Origin: Acidimicrobiia bacterium
Lineage (GTDB): Bacteria; Actinomycetota; Acidimicrobiia; IMCC26256; PALSA-610
Length of the DNA stretch: 64,000 nucleotides
Assembly (NCBI GenBank): GCA_038209365.1
Contig: JBBQXS010000002.1
Span: 19,038 to 83,037, forward strand
Reading direction: 5' to 3'
In this document: in pieces, positions 27,585 through 37,103 of the stretch
How the letters are laid out: each line of letters opens with the position of its first letter
Position numbering within the stretch: the first letter of the stretch is position 1
Translations under genes and position numbers: made by a program
The notes under the pieces: model-generated
The model's input: only the letters and a program-made list of their open reading frames with translations
Databases searched by the model: none
Told to the model about the DNA's origin: nothing

Positions 27585-28789
27585 GGGTACGACGGCTCCG
27601 CGCTCAGCCAGAGGAAACGACGCGTGCTCGTCGAGACGCGCACGCGGCGATCGACACCGTAACCCACCGCCCAAACCGGTCCGCCGCAGTCGACGATCGG
27701 GGTGCGCTCTCCGGCCCGGATCACGGCCGTGCCGGCGATCAGGTCCGCGTCACACACGGCGAGCCATCGCCCGTCGGGCCACGCAGCGGGCGGTCCGTGC
27801 TCGATCCACGCCTCGAGCACCAGGGCGCCGAACTGAGCGCGGCCGGGCAGTGAGAGTGCGGCGTCCCCGGGCGCGGGCGGGTTCGCGACATCGGTACGCA
27901 CGAGCCGCATGCCGATACGGCGGATCTGCGAACCCCCCGGCAGCTCGGTCGCAACCCGGTCGCCGCGCGCGACCGCGAGGACGCGCTCGATCGTTGCCGA
28001 CGACGGCGGCGGCGGGCCGAGCTGTTGTCGCAGCATCCGGCGCGCGAGCGCGACGGGCATCGCGGCGATCGCCTTGGCGTCATCGGTCCGGCGTTCGGCG
28101 GCCAGCGCGTCGAGCAGCGTGTCCTCGTCGCGCAGGAGCTCGGCCTGGCGGGCGAGCACCTCGACGAGATCGCGATCGGCGCCGCGCTCGAGCCGAGGAA
28201 TGATCTCGCGCCGCAACCACACGCGTCGGTGGTGTAGGTCGCCGTTCATGGGATCGTGTACCGGCGCGTAGCCCAAGCGTGCACACAGCTCGTGCGTGTC
28301 GGCGCGCCGCATCGCGAGCAGCGGCCGGCGGACAAGGCCGCGTTGCTGCGGGATGCCCGCGAGCCCGGCGGTGCCGCTGCCGCGCAACACGTGCATCAAC
28401 ACGGTCTCGGCCTGATCGTCGCGTGTGTGCGCGACGAGGGTCGCCCGCGCCTGCACGTCGGCGCGGGCCCGCTCCAGGGCCGCGTACCGCGCGTCGCGGG
28501 CGCGCGCCTCGAGATTGGCGCCGGCCGCGACCTCGACGACCTCCAGACGCGACGCCGCGCCCAGACGGTCGGCAATCAAGGCGACCGCGGCGGCTTCGTG
28601 CGCAGTGCCGGCGCGCAAGCCGTGATCGACGTACACCGCGACCGTGTCGAAGCCGAGCGCGCACGACATCGCGAGGAGCGCGACCGAGTCGGCACCACCG
28701 CTGCACCCGACGACCACCCGCGCGCGTGCCGGGAGATCATCCAGGGCGACGAGACGGGCGAGCCATGGGTCGCAGGCCGGGACGGTCAC
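27581..28789 (-). CDS. tilS: tRNA(Ile)-lysidine synthetase
   Basis: SGGADS PP-loop, VDHGLR, E..AR..RY, AHTRDDQAET, RPLL. Confidence 0.94.
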   Translation of the reverse strand: MTVPACDPWLARLVALDDLPARARVVVGCSGGADSVALLAMSCALGFDTVAVYVDHGLRAGTAHEAAAVALIADRLGAASRLEVVEVAAGANLEARARDARYAALERARADVQARATLVAHTRDDQAETVLMHVLRGSGTAGLAGIPQQRGLVRRPLLAMRRADTHELCARLGYAPVHDPMNGDLHHRRVWLRREIIPRLERGADRDLVEVLARQAELLRDEDTLLDALAAERRTDDAKAIAAMPVALARRMLRQQLGPPPPSSATIERVLAVARGDRVATELPGGSQIRRIGMRLVRTDVANPPAPGDAALSLPGRAQFGALVLEAWIEHGPPAAWPDGRWLAVCDADLIAGTAVIRAGERTPIVDCGGPVWAVGYGVDRRVRVSTSTRRFLWLSAEPSYP

Positions 28790-28803
28790 CGCGTCGTGCG
28801 AGG

Positions 28804-29916
28804 TCAGTGCCGGACACCGGCCCGGGCCGAGCTCACGCGGAACAACCAGCGGTCCGGCGCGTCGAGCTCGGCCAACGTCGGCAGGTTGCCGGGGGCTTCC
28901 CACGCGGCGTCGACGGCGTTCGGTCCGGCCAGCGCGATCGCGCCGCGCACGAACTTCTCGCCGACCTCGTACTGACGCATCTTCTGCTCGAGCCCGAGCA
29001 GCTTGTGCATCGCGGACGCGATCCCCCGCTGCTGGCGTCGTGTCTGGAGCACCCGCGACATGCGCTCTTGCCCGACGACGTGCCGGCTTCCGAGATCGTC
29101 CATGACGACGTTGCCGTGACCTTCGAGCAGCGACATCAGTGCCTGAACCTGGCTGAGCACCCCACGTTGCTCGGGCGACGCGAAGAGGCCGACGACGCCG
29201 CCGTCGTCGAGCGGGTTCCTGCCGGCGCGAATCTCGTCGACCGCCTTGGTGACCGCGCGGATGACGGTGCGCGGGTCGGGGTCGACGAGGTCGAAGGCCT
29301 GCCGGACCAGGCCGAGGAAGTGCGCGCGCATCCAGGGCACGCCGGTGAACTGGGCACGGTGCGTCACTTCGTGAATGGCGATCCACAAGCGGAAGTCGCG
29401 TGGGCGGAACGCGAACCGCTTCTCCAACCCGAGGACGTTGGCGCCGACGTAGTACACGGCGTCTCCGGGCGCCGCTCCCGGCTCCGCTGCATCCGTATCG
29501 GGAACCAGCAGATCGTATTGACCCAGGACGCGCTGGGAGAGATAGCCCAGCAGCGCGCCGAGCTCGCCCGCCGCGACGCGACGGCTCATCGGCGCGAGCG
29601 GGTTGTGCGCGAGGCGGGCGCCGAAGCGCTGCATCAGCGGATCGAGCATGGTGCGCATCGACGTGAGGTTCGAGTCCACCCACTCGCGACGGTCGAGGAC
29701 GCGGGCCGACACGTTGCCGGGCGCGCGCAGCCCGGTGTGCTCGGCGACCAGCTTCTCGGCATGGACAGTGAGCGCTTCGAAGTCGGCCTGGAGCGACGCG
29801 GCGAGATAGGAGTCCGAAAGTGGGTCGCGCCCGGCGACGAGGCGGGCGATACGACGCGCAGTCGGCCAGTCGACGGGATCCGGCGCCCTGACCTCGGTGG
29901 TCTCGGTGGAGGTCAC
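28804..29916 (-). CDS. Zinc-dependent metalloprotease (zincin) of the family found upstream of actinobacterial tilS
   Basis: VDW, RVLGQYD, HEVTHRAQF, MSLLEGH, KMRQY..GEKF. Confidence 0.88.
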   Translation of the reverse strand: MTSTETTEVRAPDPVDWPTARRIARLVAGRDPLSDSYLAASLQADFEALTVHAEKLVAEHTGLRAPGNVSARVLDRREWVDSNLTSMRTMLDPLMQRFGARLAHNPLAPMSRRVAAGELGALLGYLSQRVLGQYDLLVPDTDAAEPGAAPGDAVYYVGANVLGLEKRFAFRPRDFRLWIAIHEVTHRAQFTGVPWMRAHFLGLVRQAFDLVDPDPRTVIRAVTKAVDEIRAGRNPLDDGGVVGLFASPEQRGVLSQVQALMSLLEGHGNVVMDDLGSRHVVGQERMSRVLQTRRQQRGIASAMHKLLGLEQKMRQYEVGEKFVRGAIALAGPNAVDAAWEAPGNLPTLAELDAPDRWLFRVSSARAGVRH

Positions 29917-30137
29917 TTGCGTGGGCGACCCTTGACCTCGAGCCTGCCCACCTTGACGTAGTACTGGGCGATGAGATTCGCCATGACACCGGCGAAGCCG
30001 ATCGCGAGCAGCGGTGCGATCCAGTAGAACCACGGCCGGTGGCTCCCGCGCTCGACGAACGCGAGGATGCCCAGTGCAAGCCCGGCGAGCGCGACCACGA
30101 CACCGGTGATCAGCGACACGATGGTGGACGGCCTCAA
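29913..30137 (-). CDS. Small two-TM membrane protein
   Basis: TTG start after GAGGAGG, two hydrophobic helices, stop overlaps next start. Confidence 0.65.
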   Translation of the reverse strand: MRPSTIVSLITGVVVALAGLALGILAFVERGSHRPWFYWIAPLLAIGFAGVMANLIAQYYVKVGRLEVKGRPRK

Positions 30138-30210
30138 CGCTCCTCCTCGAACCGGTCGCTGCATCGTAGGCCGGGCGGCCGGTGCGCCTCGGAAACGAGC
30201 GGTGCACGGC

Positions 30211-30441
30211 TCAGGTGTCGATCTGCAGGGCCTTGGCGATGCGGTCCCGCAGCTCGGCGGGCACCTCCTCGTGGCACTTCGACACGATGACCCGTCGCAA
30301 CTCGATCTCGAAGGTGAAGCCTTCGGCGCACGGGGGGCACTCGTCGAGATGCCGAGTGATCGCCCGGCGTCTCCAAACCGTCAGCTCACCGTCAAGATAC
30401 TCATAGACACGGTGAATCGTCCCTTCGCAGTCCTCTCCCAC
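30211..30441 (-). CDS. rsrA: ZAS anti-sigma factor (RsrA/RshA)
   Basis: C..I..VYEYLDGE, HLDECPPC (HxxxCxxC); directly after ECF sigma. Confidence 0.9.
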   Translation of the reverse strand: MGEDCEGTIHRVYEYLDGELTVWRRRAITRHLDECPPCAEGFTFEIELRRVIVSKCHEEVPAELRDRIAKALQIDT

Positions 30442-30442
30442 T

Positions 30443-31027
30443 TCACCCCCCCGAAGCCGTCTCGACCCGCGGTCGCAGGTTGTTCTGCTCGGCGTAGTCC
30501 CACAGTTTCTTCTGCAGTGCCCGCCTGCCCCGGTGAATCCGACTCATGACCGTGCCGATCGGCACGTCGAGGATGTCCGCGATCTCCTTGTACGAGAAGC
30601 CTTCGACGTCCGCGAGGATCACCGCCATCCGGAACTGCTCGGGAATCGACTCCAGCGCCTCTTTCACCTCGGCGTCGGGAATGCCCTCGAGCACCTCGGC
30701 CTCGGCCGTCCGCGCCGCGTCCGCGGCCTCCAGTCCTCCGAGTCGCCGGTAGATGTAGAAGTCCTCGACGTCGTCGAGGTCGACCTGGTCGGGCCGGCGC
30801 TTCTTGGCGCGGTACTGGTTGATGAAGGTGTTCGTGAGGATCTTGTAGAGCCACGCCTTGAGGTTCGTGCCCTCGCGGAAGCCCCCGAAGCCGCGGTATG
30901 CGCGCAGGTACGTCTCCTGCACGAGGTCCTCGGCATCCGTGGGGTTGCGCGTCATCCGCAATGCGGCCGCGTACAGTGCCGACATGTACGGCATTGCCTC
31001 TTCGGCGAAGCGCGCCTGGTCGGCCAT
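30443..31027 (-). CDS. sigH: ECF RNA polymerase sigma factor SigH/SigR
   Basis: [42 protein letters not shown]...GTVMSR.HRGR. Confidence 0.92.
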   Translation of the reverse strand: MADQARFAEEAMPYMSALYAAALRMTRNPTDAEDLVQETYLRAYRGFGGFREGTNLKAWLYKILTNTFINQYRAKKRRPDQVDLDDVEDFYIYRRLGGLEAADAARTAEAEVLEGIPDAEVKEALESIPEQFRMAVILADVEGFSYKEIADILDVPIGTVMSRIHRGRRALQKKLWDYAEQNNLRPRVETASGG

Positions 31028-31147
31028 GGGTCGAGGGTACCCGGCCGGCCAAATCGAGCAGCCCCCGGGGGCGATTGGCGCTACAGGACCCGGCACCGGA
31101 CCCCACCGTGCGAGGTGTCGAGCCTCGCGATCGTGTGAGACTCGGGC

Positions 31148-32224
31148 ATGGCGCCGAGTGGGCTGCTCTCGGGAGTGCGGATCCTGGACTTCACGATCTG
31201 GCGACCGGGCCCCTACGCCACGCAATTGCTCGGCGAGCTCGGCGCCGAGGTGTGCAAGGTGGAACCGCCCGGCGGCGATCCGATGCGCGCCTATCCCGGC
31301 CTGTTCGCGGCGTTGAGCGTCAACAAGCGCAGCATCGTGCTCGACCTGAAGACCGACGCCGGCCGTGGGCGCGCGCTCGAGCTCGCCACGGACGCCGACG
31401 TCGTCATCGAAGGGTTCCGGCCGGGTGTCGCCGCCCGCCTCGGCATCGGCTACGACGACGTGCGGGGTGTGAACGCGCAGGTCGTGTACTGCTCGGTCTC
31501 GGGCATGGGACAACTGGGTGAGCTGTCGACCGCGCCCGGCCACGACATCAACTTCCAGGCGTGGAGCGGCGCGCTCGCGCCCGACGGTGGCACACCGGTC
31601 GTCGCCGCGGTGCCGATCGCCGACCTCGCGGGCGGGATGGCCGCCGCGTACGCGGTCTGCGCCGCAATCGTGAACCAGCTGCGGACCGGTACGGGCGAGC
31701 GCATCGACGTGGCGATGGGCGACGTGCTCGCGACGTGGACAGGCGCGGTGGCACCCGCGGCACGAGGTGTGGACCCGTCCGCTCGGGGTGTGCCCGGCTA
31801 CGGCGTGTTCCAGGCGGCCGACGGCGGCTGGATCACGCTCGGCATCATCACCGAGGACCATTTCTGGGCCGCGCTGTGCGACGTCCTCTCGCTGGCCGAT
31901 TCTCGCGAGATGCAGTTCGTCGACCGTATGACACACATCGAGTCGCTCCAGGCGCGCATCGCGGGCGCGATCGCTCGACACCCGCGCGACGAAGTGGTGG
32001 ACGCCCTCTTGGCCGCGGGCATCCCGGTGGCTCCGCTGCTCGACCGGGCGGAGATGTTGCGGCTGTCGCACTTTCGCGAGCGCGAAGTGGTGACCTTCGA
32101 CGCGGGGTCGACGAGCGCGGCGACCGGACACCCGGTGCGGTTCGAGCACCATCCTGCCGCTCGCACCTCGCGCGCGCCTACGCTCGACGAACACAGGGGC
32201 ACGGGCTTTCGTCCTCGGCCCTGA
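31148..32224 (+). CDS. CaiB/BaiF CoA-transferase family III
   Basis: [39 protein letters not shown]. Confidence 0.92.
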   Translation: MAPSGLLSGVRILDFTIWRPGPYATQLLGELGAEVCKVEPPGGDPMRAYPGLFAALSVNKRSIVLDLKTDAGRGRALELATDADVVIEGFRPGVAARLGIGYDDVRGVNAQVVYCSVSGMGQLGELSTAPGHDINFQAWSGALAPDGGTPVVAAVPIADLAGGMAAAYAVCAAIVNQLRTGTGERIDVAMGDVLATWTGAVAPAARGVDPSARGVPGYGVFQAADGGWITLGIITEDHFWAALCDVLSLADSREMQFVDRMTHIESLQARIAGAIARHPRDEVVDALLAAGIPVAPLLDRAEMLRLSHFREREVVTFDAGSTSAATGHPVRFEHHPAARTSRAPTLDEHRGTGFRPRP

Positions 32225-32402
32225 GGCTCAGCGGCTACCGCACAGCGTGAGCGCAACGACAACGCGTCGTGGTCGCCGGCTCGAACCGACTGTCCGTTCG
32301 TCAGCCCGGTCCCTCGGATCTGTGCCGGCACGGTCGAAGGAAAGATGTAGCGCTGCTCGGGGACCTGAGCAGCAGGGGCGGATCCACTCTGGGGAGGCGT
32401 TT

Positions 32403-33236
32403 GTGGCACGCGTAGTCACATGGAAGAAGACCGTCCGCCGACGCGTGGTCGTCGGCGGGGCAGGGCTGACGGTCGGCGCGGTGATCCTGTTCGTCGCCGC
32501 GGCGATGCCGGCGTTCGCTCACACTCCGCTGCTCTCGGGCCACACTGTGTGCAGCAACGGTCGACACGTCATCACGTGGTCGATCGGCAACGACTTCCAC
32601 CTGCCGATGACGATCACCTCGGCCAGGGCGACCAAGGGCACCGCCTCCTATGCCGTCACCGGCTATCAAGCAACGGTCGGGCCGAACGGCAGCGCCTCGG
32701 ACACCACGTCGGCCCACACCATCGTGCCCGCCGGCGCCACCGGGAGCGTCACGCTGACCGTGCACGCACGGTGGACGGATGGTTTCACGACCTCCCGCTC
32801 GACCTCCGTCTCGTTGATCGGCCCGTGCATGGGCGCGACCACGACGACGCTGGGTTCCCAGGGATCGACATTGCCGCCGCCGACCACGACGCCGACCACC
32901 GCCGGCCCCCCGACGAGCCTGCAGACGACCACATCGACCGTCGGCTCGCAGGGTTCCACGTTGCCGCCGCCGACGACGTCGACGGTCGCCTCGCTGGGAT
33001 CGACCTTGTCGCCGCCGACGAGTCAGCCGGGGGCGAACGGCGCGGACAATGGTGGGACGCCGATCGCGCCCCTCGGTGGGCCGAGCGGACCGCCCAGCGG
33101 AACGAGTATCGCCCGGCAGCTGCCGTTCACCGGCAGTGGCTACACCGGACCGATCCTCGGAGCCGGCTCACTCCTGCTCGGTGGCGTCGCGGTTGCAATC
33201 GGCTCCGCGCGCAAGCGCCGCCGCGAGACCATCTGA
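32403..33236 (+). CDS. Secreted LPxTG-type surface protein with Thr/Pro-rich repeats
   Basis: Signal peptide ending PAFA, three GS(Q/L)GSTL.PPT repeats, LPFTG followed by TM helix and RKRRR. Confidence 0.8.
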   Translation: MARVVTWKKTVRRRVVVGGAGLTVGAVILFVAAAMPAFAHTPLLSGHTVCSNGRHVITWSIGNDFHLPMTITSARATKGTASYAVTGYQATVGPNGSASDTTSAHTIVPAGATGSVTLTVHARWTDGFTTSRSTSVSLIGPCMGATTTTLGSQGSTLPPPTTTPTTAGPPTSLQTTTSTVGSQGSTLPPPTTSTVASLGSTLSPPTSQPGANGADNGGTPIAPLGGPSGPPSGTSIARQLPFTGSGYTGPILGAGSLLLGGVAVAIGSARKRRRETI

Positions 33237-33273
33237 GGGAGATCGGCTCGTGGCGGGTCACCACGCTCACGGG

Positions 33274-36200
33274 TCAGCCGGAAGGGGCGATGACGCCGAC
33301 GTTGTCGATGATCACGGCGGGGACGCCACCGCTCCATGAACCCGACACGTACAAGAGGACCCCGATGTCGCCTGCTGCTTGCAGCGCGGCCGGGGTCGCG
33401 CCTGTGCTGGTGACGAGCCAGCTCTGCGGCTCCTGACTGCCCTTGCGCCACACCTTTGCGCGCAACGTGGTGGTCGTCGTCCCGGCGACGACGAATCGGG
33501 TGCGGAGAATGTCGCCGGGATTGACGTGCAACGCGGGAACGGTGGTGTTGGCGAGGATGGTTTCGGTGCCGCCGACGGTGCGGACCAGGTAGGCGATGAC
33601 GCTGCCGTCCGGCATGTAGCGCAGCTTCAGGCGATGGTCGTTGCCGTTGGAGACGCGCCGACCGATGAGCGAGACGTACGCGCCACCGCCACTCGCCGCG
33701 CTGTCGAGCGCGACGTCGGAGGTCATGTCGATGTCGGTCTGCCGGACACCGGCGAGGTACGCGGCGCGGCTCGCGGACACCGCGCCGACGATGCGGCCCG
33801 CGCCGTTCACGGTCGAGAACGCCGACGCGGTGCCGGACAGCGTCCAGGGCCCACCGAGATCGGCCGTGCCGAGGCCGTTCGAGACGACGCGTTCAAAGGT
33901 GTCGGAGGCGTAGCCGTCGGTGATGGTGACGGAGCCGGTGGTGGTGGCGGCGGCGGCGCGGTCGTCGGTGACGGTCAGCGTGACCGTGAAGGTGCCGGCC
34001 GTCGCATACGTGTGTTGCGGTGTCGGACCGGTTGTGGTGGCCGTGTCGCCGAAGTCCCAGGCGTAGGAGGAGATGGTGCCGTCCTGGTCGGTCGACGTCG
34101 AGGTGAACGACGCCGTGTGGTACGTGACGGCGGCGGTGAACGACGCCTGGGGCGGGATGTTGGCAGGCGGATCGGTGACGGTGATGCTGCCGGTGACGGC
34201 ACCCGTCCCACCTCGGTCGTCGGTGACGGTGAGGGTGACGCTGTAGGTGCCGGCGGTCGCGTAGGGGTGTTGGGGTGTCGAGCCGGAGCCCGTCGTTCCG
34301 TCACCGAAGTCCCAGGCGTACGACACGATCATCCCGTCGTCGGTCGAGCCGGTGCCGTCGAACGATCCTGTCAGGAAGTGGGCCGATGAGCTGAACGATG
34401 CCGTCGGCAAGACGTTGGGCAGGCCACTCCCGCGTCCGCTGGCCACGTAATGGGCGCGGATCTGGCCGAGCGAAAGTGCGTCGCGGTAGATCGCGACTTC
34501 GTCCATGTTCGCCGCGATGGCTTCGCGCGACGGCGTGGACGGCCATGACGTGAGCCGGTCGCCGCCCACGCGCCAATATCCCCGGTATACCTGCGCCTTG
34601 GTGACCGCGGCGTTGGCGGCGACCTGGTCGCCGTCGACGTAGAGCTTCATACCGTCGCTGCCGAGCGTTCCGACGACGTGATGCCATTGGTCGTCCCGAT
34701 AGCTGGCCGGACTGTTGATCGTGATGCGTGTGCCCATGTCGGGCCGGACACCGAAGTAGATCTGTCCCGCGTTGTTCATGTAGAGCAGGCGGTCGGTGCC
34801 GTCGGTACCGCTGCGGTCGGTGTTGCTGTCACCGAAGCCGAGGATCTTGCCGCCCTGGTTCGTGTTGGTCCGCAGCCAGGTTTCGAGCGAGAACTTCTGG
34901 GGGCCCGACTGCCAGTACGGAGAAGCGCCCTGGACGGTTGACGTGGAGGAAGTGCCGGGGAAGTCCGTCGCGGCATCCGTGTCGTTGAGCAGCGCGCCGG
35001 TGATGTTGCGGTTGTTCGCGCTGTTCAATGTCAGATCGTTCGAACCCGACCGGTCATACGCGGTCGTGCCGCTCCCTTCACCGAGCCGCCACTGAACATC
35101 GGGGTTGTCGGCCAGGACACTTGCCGCGTAGCTCGACGCGGTCGGCGCGCCGGCGGGGATGGTGCCCGACGCCGGCGGGCCGGCGAAGCCGTTGCCGAAG
35201 GGATCTGTCACGCGGATCCGATACGTCTGCGTCGAGCCGGGTGACGCGGTGGTGTCGACGAACCCGAGCGGCGGCCGGTTCCACCACGTGGTGTCGGTCT
35301 GGAACGTCTTGAGCACGGTGGACGTGGCGGTGGTGGCGCCGCGCAGCACTTCGACCTTCAAGCGTTGGTTGTCACGATCCCAGGCCGCCTTCCATCCGAC
35401 GCGCACGGTGCCCGGCCCCAGCGGCGTCAGGGTGGGCGTCAACTCGGTGTAGTTCTGGACCGGGTCCACGAGCGGAGAGATCGCGCGCTTGGCGAACCGG
35501 ACGAGACCTTGCTGGGCGATACCGTTCACGCGCGGGAACTCGCCGCCCAAGACCGTGTAGTCACCATTGCTGGCGACGCTCCATGCCGCTTGACCCTGAC
35601 CGGTGTAACTGCCCGCGGACGGTGTCGGCAACCAGTGCAACGGCTGCGCCGCCGGCATCCGCGCGAACGGCGCCCAGTTGGGGTTCGTGCCGACCGCGTT
35701 CGTCAACGTGGGTGAGCGATGCTTGTTGATCGCGCCCGCGCGCTGGTACAGCATCGGATCCGGATACTGCGGGTTCCAGTCCAACATCCCCCAGTCATGA
35801 GGATGCCCGACCGTGTAGAGCACATCGCCGGCGACCGCGATGCCGTAGTTGTCGCCGCGCCCACCATCGATCCAATCGATCACGCCCGTGAGGGGATCCG
35901 CCGCAAACACCCCTTCGAAGTTCGCGGTCGCGCCTCCCCCGAAGAACGCCCAACCGACCCCGTAGATCTTCTCGCCATCGGTCGTCAGCTCCGCAATCGC
36001 CGCGCTCCCGCCACGATTCTGGATCACGGTGTTCGCGGCCCACGGCTGCACGGCCCCGGTCACACCATCCAGCGACCCCATACCCCACTGCTGAGATCCG
36101 TTCAGTGCATAGAACGAGCCGCCGACGATGACGCGGCCGCTCGCCGGGTGCACCACCATCGTGCGCACCAAACCATCGGCCGCGGGCGCCCACGGCAACA

Positions 36201-36882
36201 CTGCACCCGTGTTCGCATCGACGGCCGCGAGACGTGACCGTGCGCGGAACCCAGTCGCGCTGGTCCCGACCGTGGTGAAGTCACCTCCGAGATACAGCGT
36301 GTTGCCGTTCAGCGCGAGTGCTTCGACCGTCGCGTTGGCTCCGGGGTTGAACGCCCGCACCGCGCCGGTCTGCGCGTCGACCGCCGCGATGCGGCTCCGC
36401 GCCTGGCCACTGACCTGGTCGAAGTCGCCGCCGACGTAGATCGTCGAGCCGTCTGCCGACGCGGCAAGGCGCAAACCCTGCGCATTCAACGTCGGAGCCC
36501 ACGACGTGACCAGCGCGCCGGTGGTCAGGTCGTAGGCCAAGATGTTCGATCGGGCGGTCTCATTCGTGCCCGGTGCGGCCCCGGCAGGACGCGCCCGCGT
36601 GAACCTGCCGGTGGCGTACACCCGGTTCCCGACGATCACCTGGGCCCACACCACGCCGTTGATCTGCACCGTGGGCAATGCCGCCGCCGACACCGTCTCC
36701 GGCGACGCGGGATCCACCGGCGCCGTATCCGCCGCGGCAGGAGCGCTTTGTAAACCCGCGACGACGATCGAAAGGTTCACGCCCACCAACACGACGGCGA
36801 GCAGACCCGCCGCTGACCGGACGCGAACACGCACCAGTGCCCAGAAAGCCGCTCGCCCTGTCGTATACAACGAACGCCCCAC
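33274..36882 (-). CDS. Large secreted beta-propeller + LamG + 2x PKD domain protein
   Basis: Signal peptide, LPTVQINGVVW, YVGGDF repeats, WHHVVGT..KLYVDG LamG, two Y.WDFGD..HxYATAGT PKD repeats; true start probably slightly downstream. Confidence 0.88.
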   Translation of the reverse strand: MGRSLYTTGRAAFWALVRVRVRSAAGLLAVVLVGVNLSIVVAGLQSAPAAADTAPVDPASPETVSAAALPTVQINGVVWAQVIVGNRVYATGRFTRARPAGAAPGTNETARSNILAYDLTTGALVTSWAPTLNAQGLRLAASADGSTIYVGGDFDQVSGQARSRIAAVDAQTGAVRAFNPGANATVEALALNGNTLYLGGDFTTVGTSATGFRARSRLAAVDANTGAVLPWAPAADGLVRTMVVHPASGRVIVGGSFYALNGSQQWGMGSLDGVTGAVQPWAANTVIQNRGGSAAIAELTTDGEKIYGVGWAFFGGGATANFEGVFAADPLTGVIDWIDGGRGDNYGIAVAGDVLYTVGHPHDWGMLDWNPQYPDPMLYQRAGAINKHRSPTLTNAVGTNPNWAPFARMPAAQPLHWLPTPSAGSYTGQGQAAWSVASNGDYTVLGGEFPRVNGIAQQGLVRFAKRAISPLVDPVQNYTELTPTLTPLGPGTVRVGWKAAWDRDNQRLKVEVLRGATTATSTVLKTFQTDTTWWNRPPLGFVDTTASPGSTQTYRIRVTDPFGNGFAGPPASGTIPAGAPTASSYAASVLADNPDVQWRLGEGSGTTAYDRSGSNDLTLNSANNRNITGALLNDTDAATDFPGTSSTSTVQGASPYWQSGPQKFSLETWLRTNTNQGGKILGFGDSNTDRSGTDGTDRLLYMNNAGQIYFGVRPDMGTRITINSPASYRDDQWHHVVGTLGSDGMKLYVDGDQVAANAAVTKAQVYRGYWRVGGDRLTSWPSTPSREAIAANMDEVAIYRDALSLGQIRAHYVASGRGSGLPNVLPTASFSSSAHFLTGSFDGTGSTDDGMIVSYAWDFGDGTTGSGSTPQHPYATAGTYSVTLTVTDDRGGTGAVTGSITVTDPPANIPPQASFTAAVTYHTASFTSTSTDQDGTISSYAWDFGDTATTTGPTPQHTYATAGTFTVTLTVTDDRAAAATTTGSVTITDGYASDTFERVVSNGLGTADLGGPWTLSGTASAFSTVNGAGRIVGAVSASRAAYLAGVRQTDIDMTSDVALDSAASGGGAYVSLIGRRVSNGNDHRLKLRYMPDGSVIAYLVRTVGGTETILANTTVPALHVNPGDILRTRFVVAGTTTTTLRAKVWRKGSQEPQSWLVTSTGATPAALQAAGDIGVLLYVSGSWSGGVPAVIIDNVGVIAPSG

Positions 36883-37103
36883 GTTCCAGTGCCGTATAAG
36901 TCAACGGCACACTCGTCCGGTAACGGGACGAAGCCTAGATGCTGATGGCGTGCAATGTCACGACGCGATGAGTCACGATGAGACGCGACATCGACAAAAA
37001 CGCGCATGCAAGATCTCGACAACGCGAATGATCCAAGCTTTGTCAGGTCTCCGCAACTCCGAGACGCCAATCATTGTCAGTTGCGACGCTCGAACGCGTC
37101 GCG

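Noticed and set aside
27581-30103. 840-aa TilS fusion, and similarly extended N-termini for ispD, nadC, tmk and sigH in the ORF track
   Set aside because: The upstream parts overlap other real genes in different frames; internal starts coincide with stop-start overlaps.
32225-32402. Possible c-di-GMP riboswitch before the LPxTG protein
   Set aside because: One hairpin only; no GNRA tetraloop/receptor or GCAAA core recognisable.
36883-37103. AT-richer spacer with short CGATGAG repeats as an sRNA or small gene
   Set aside because: No convincing ORF, extended structure or known motif; probably a promoter region plus a small hairpin at 37083-37102.
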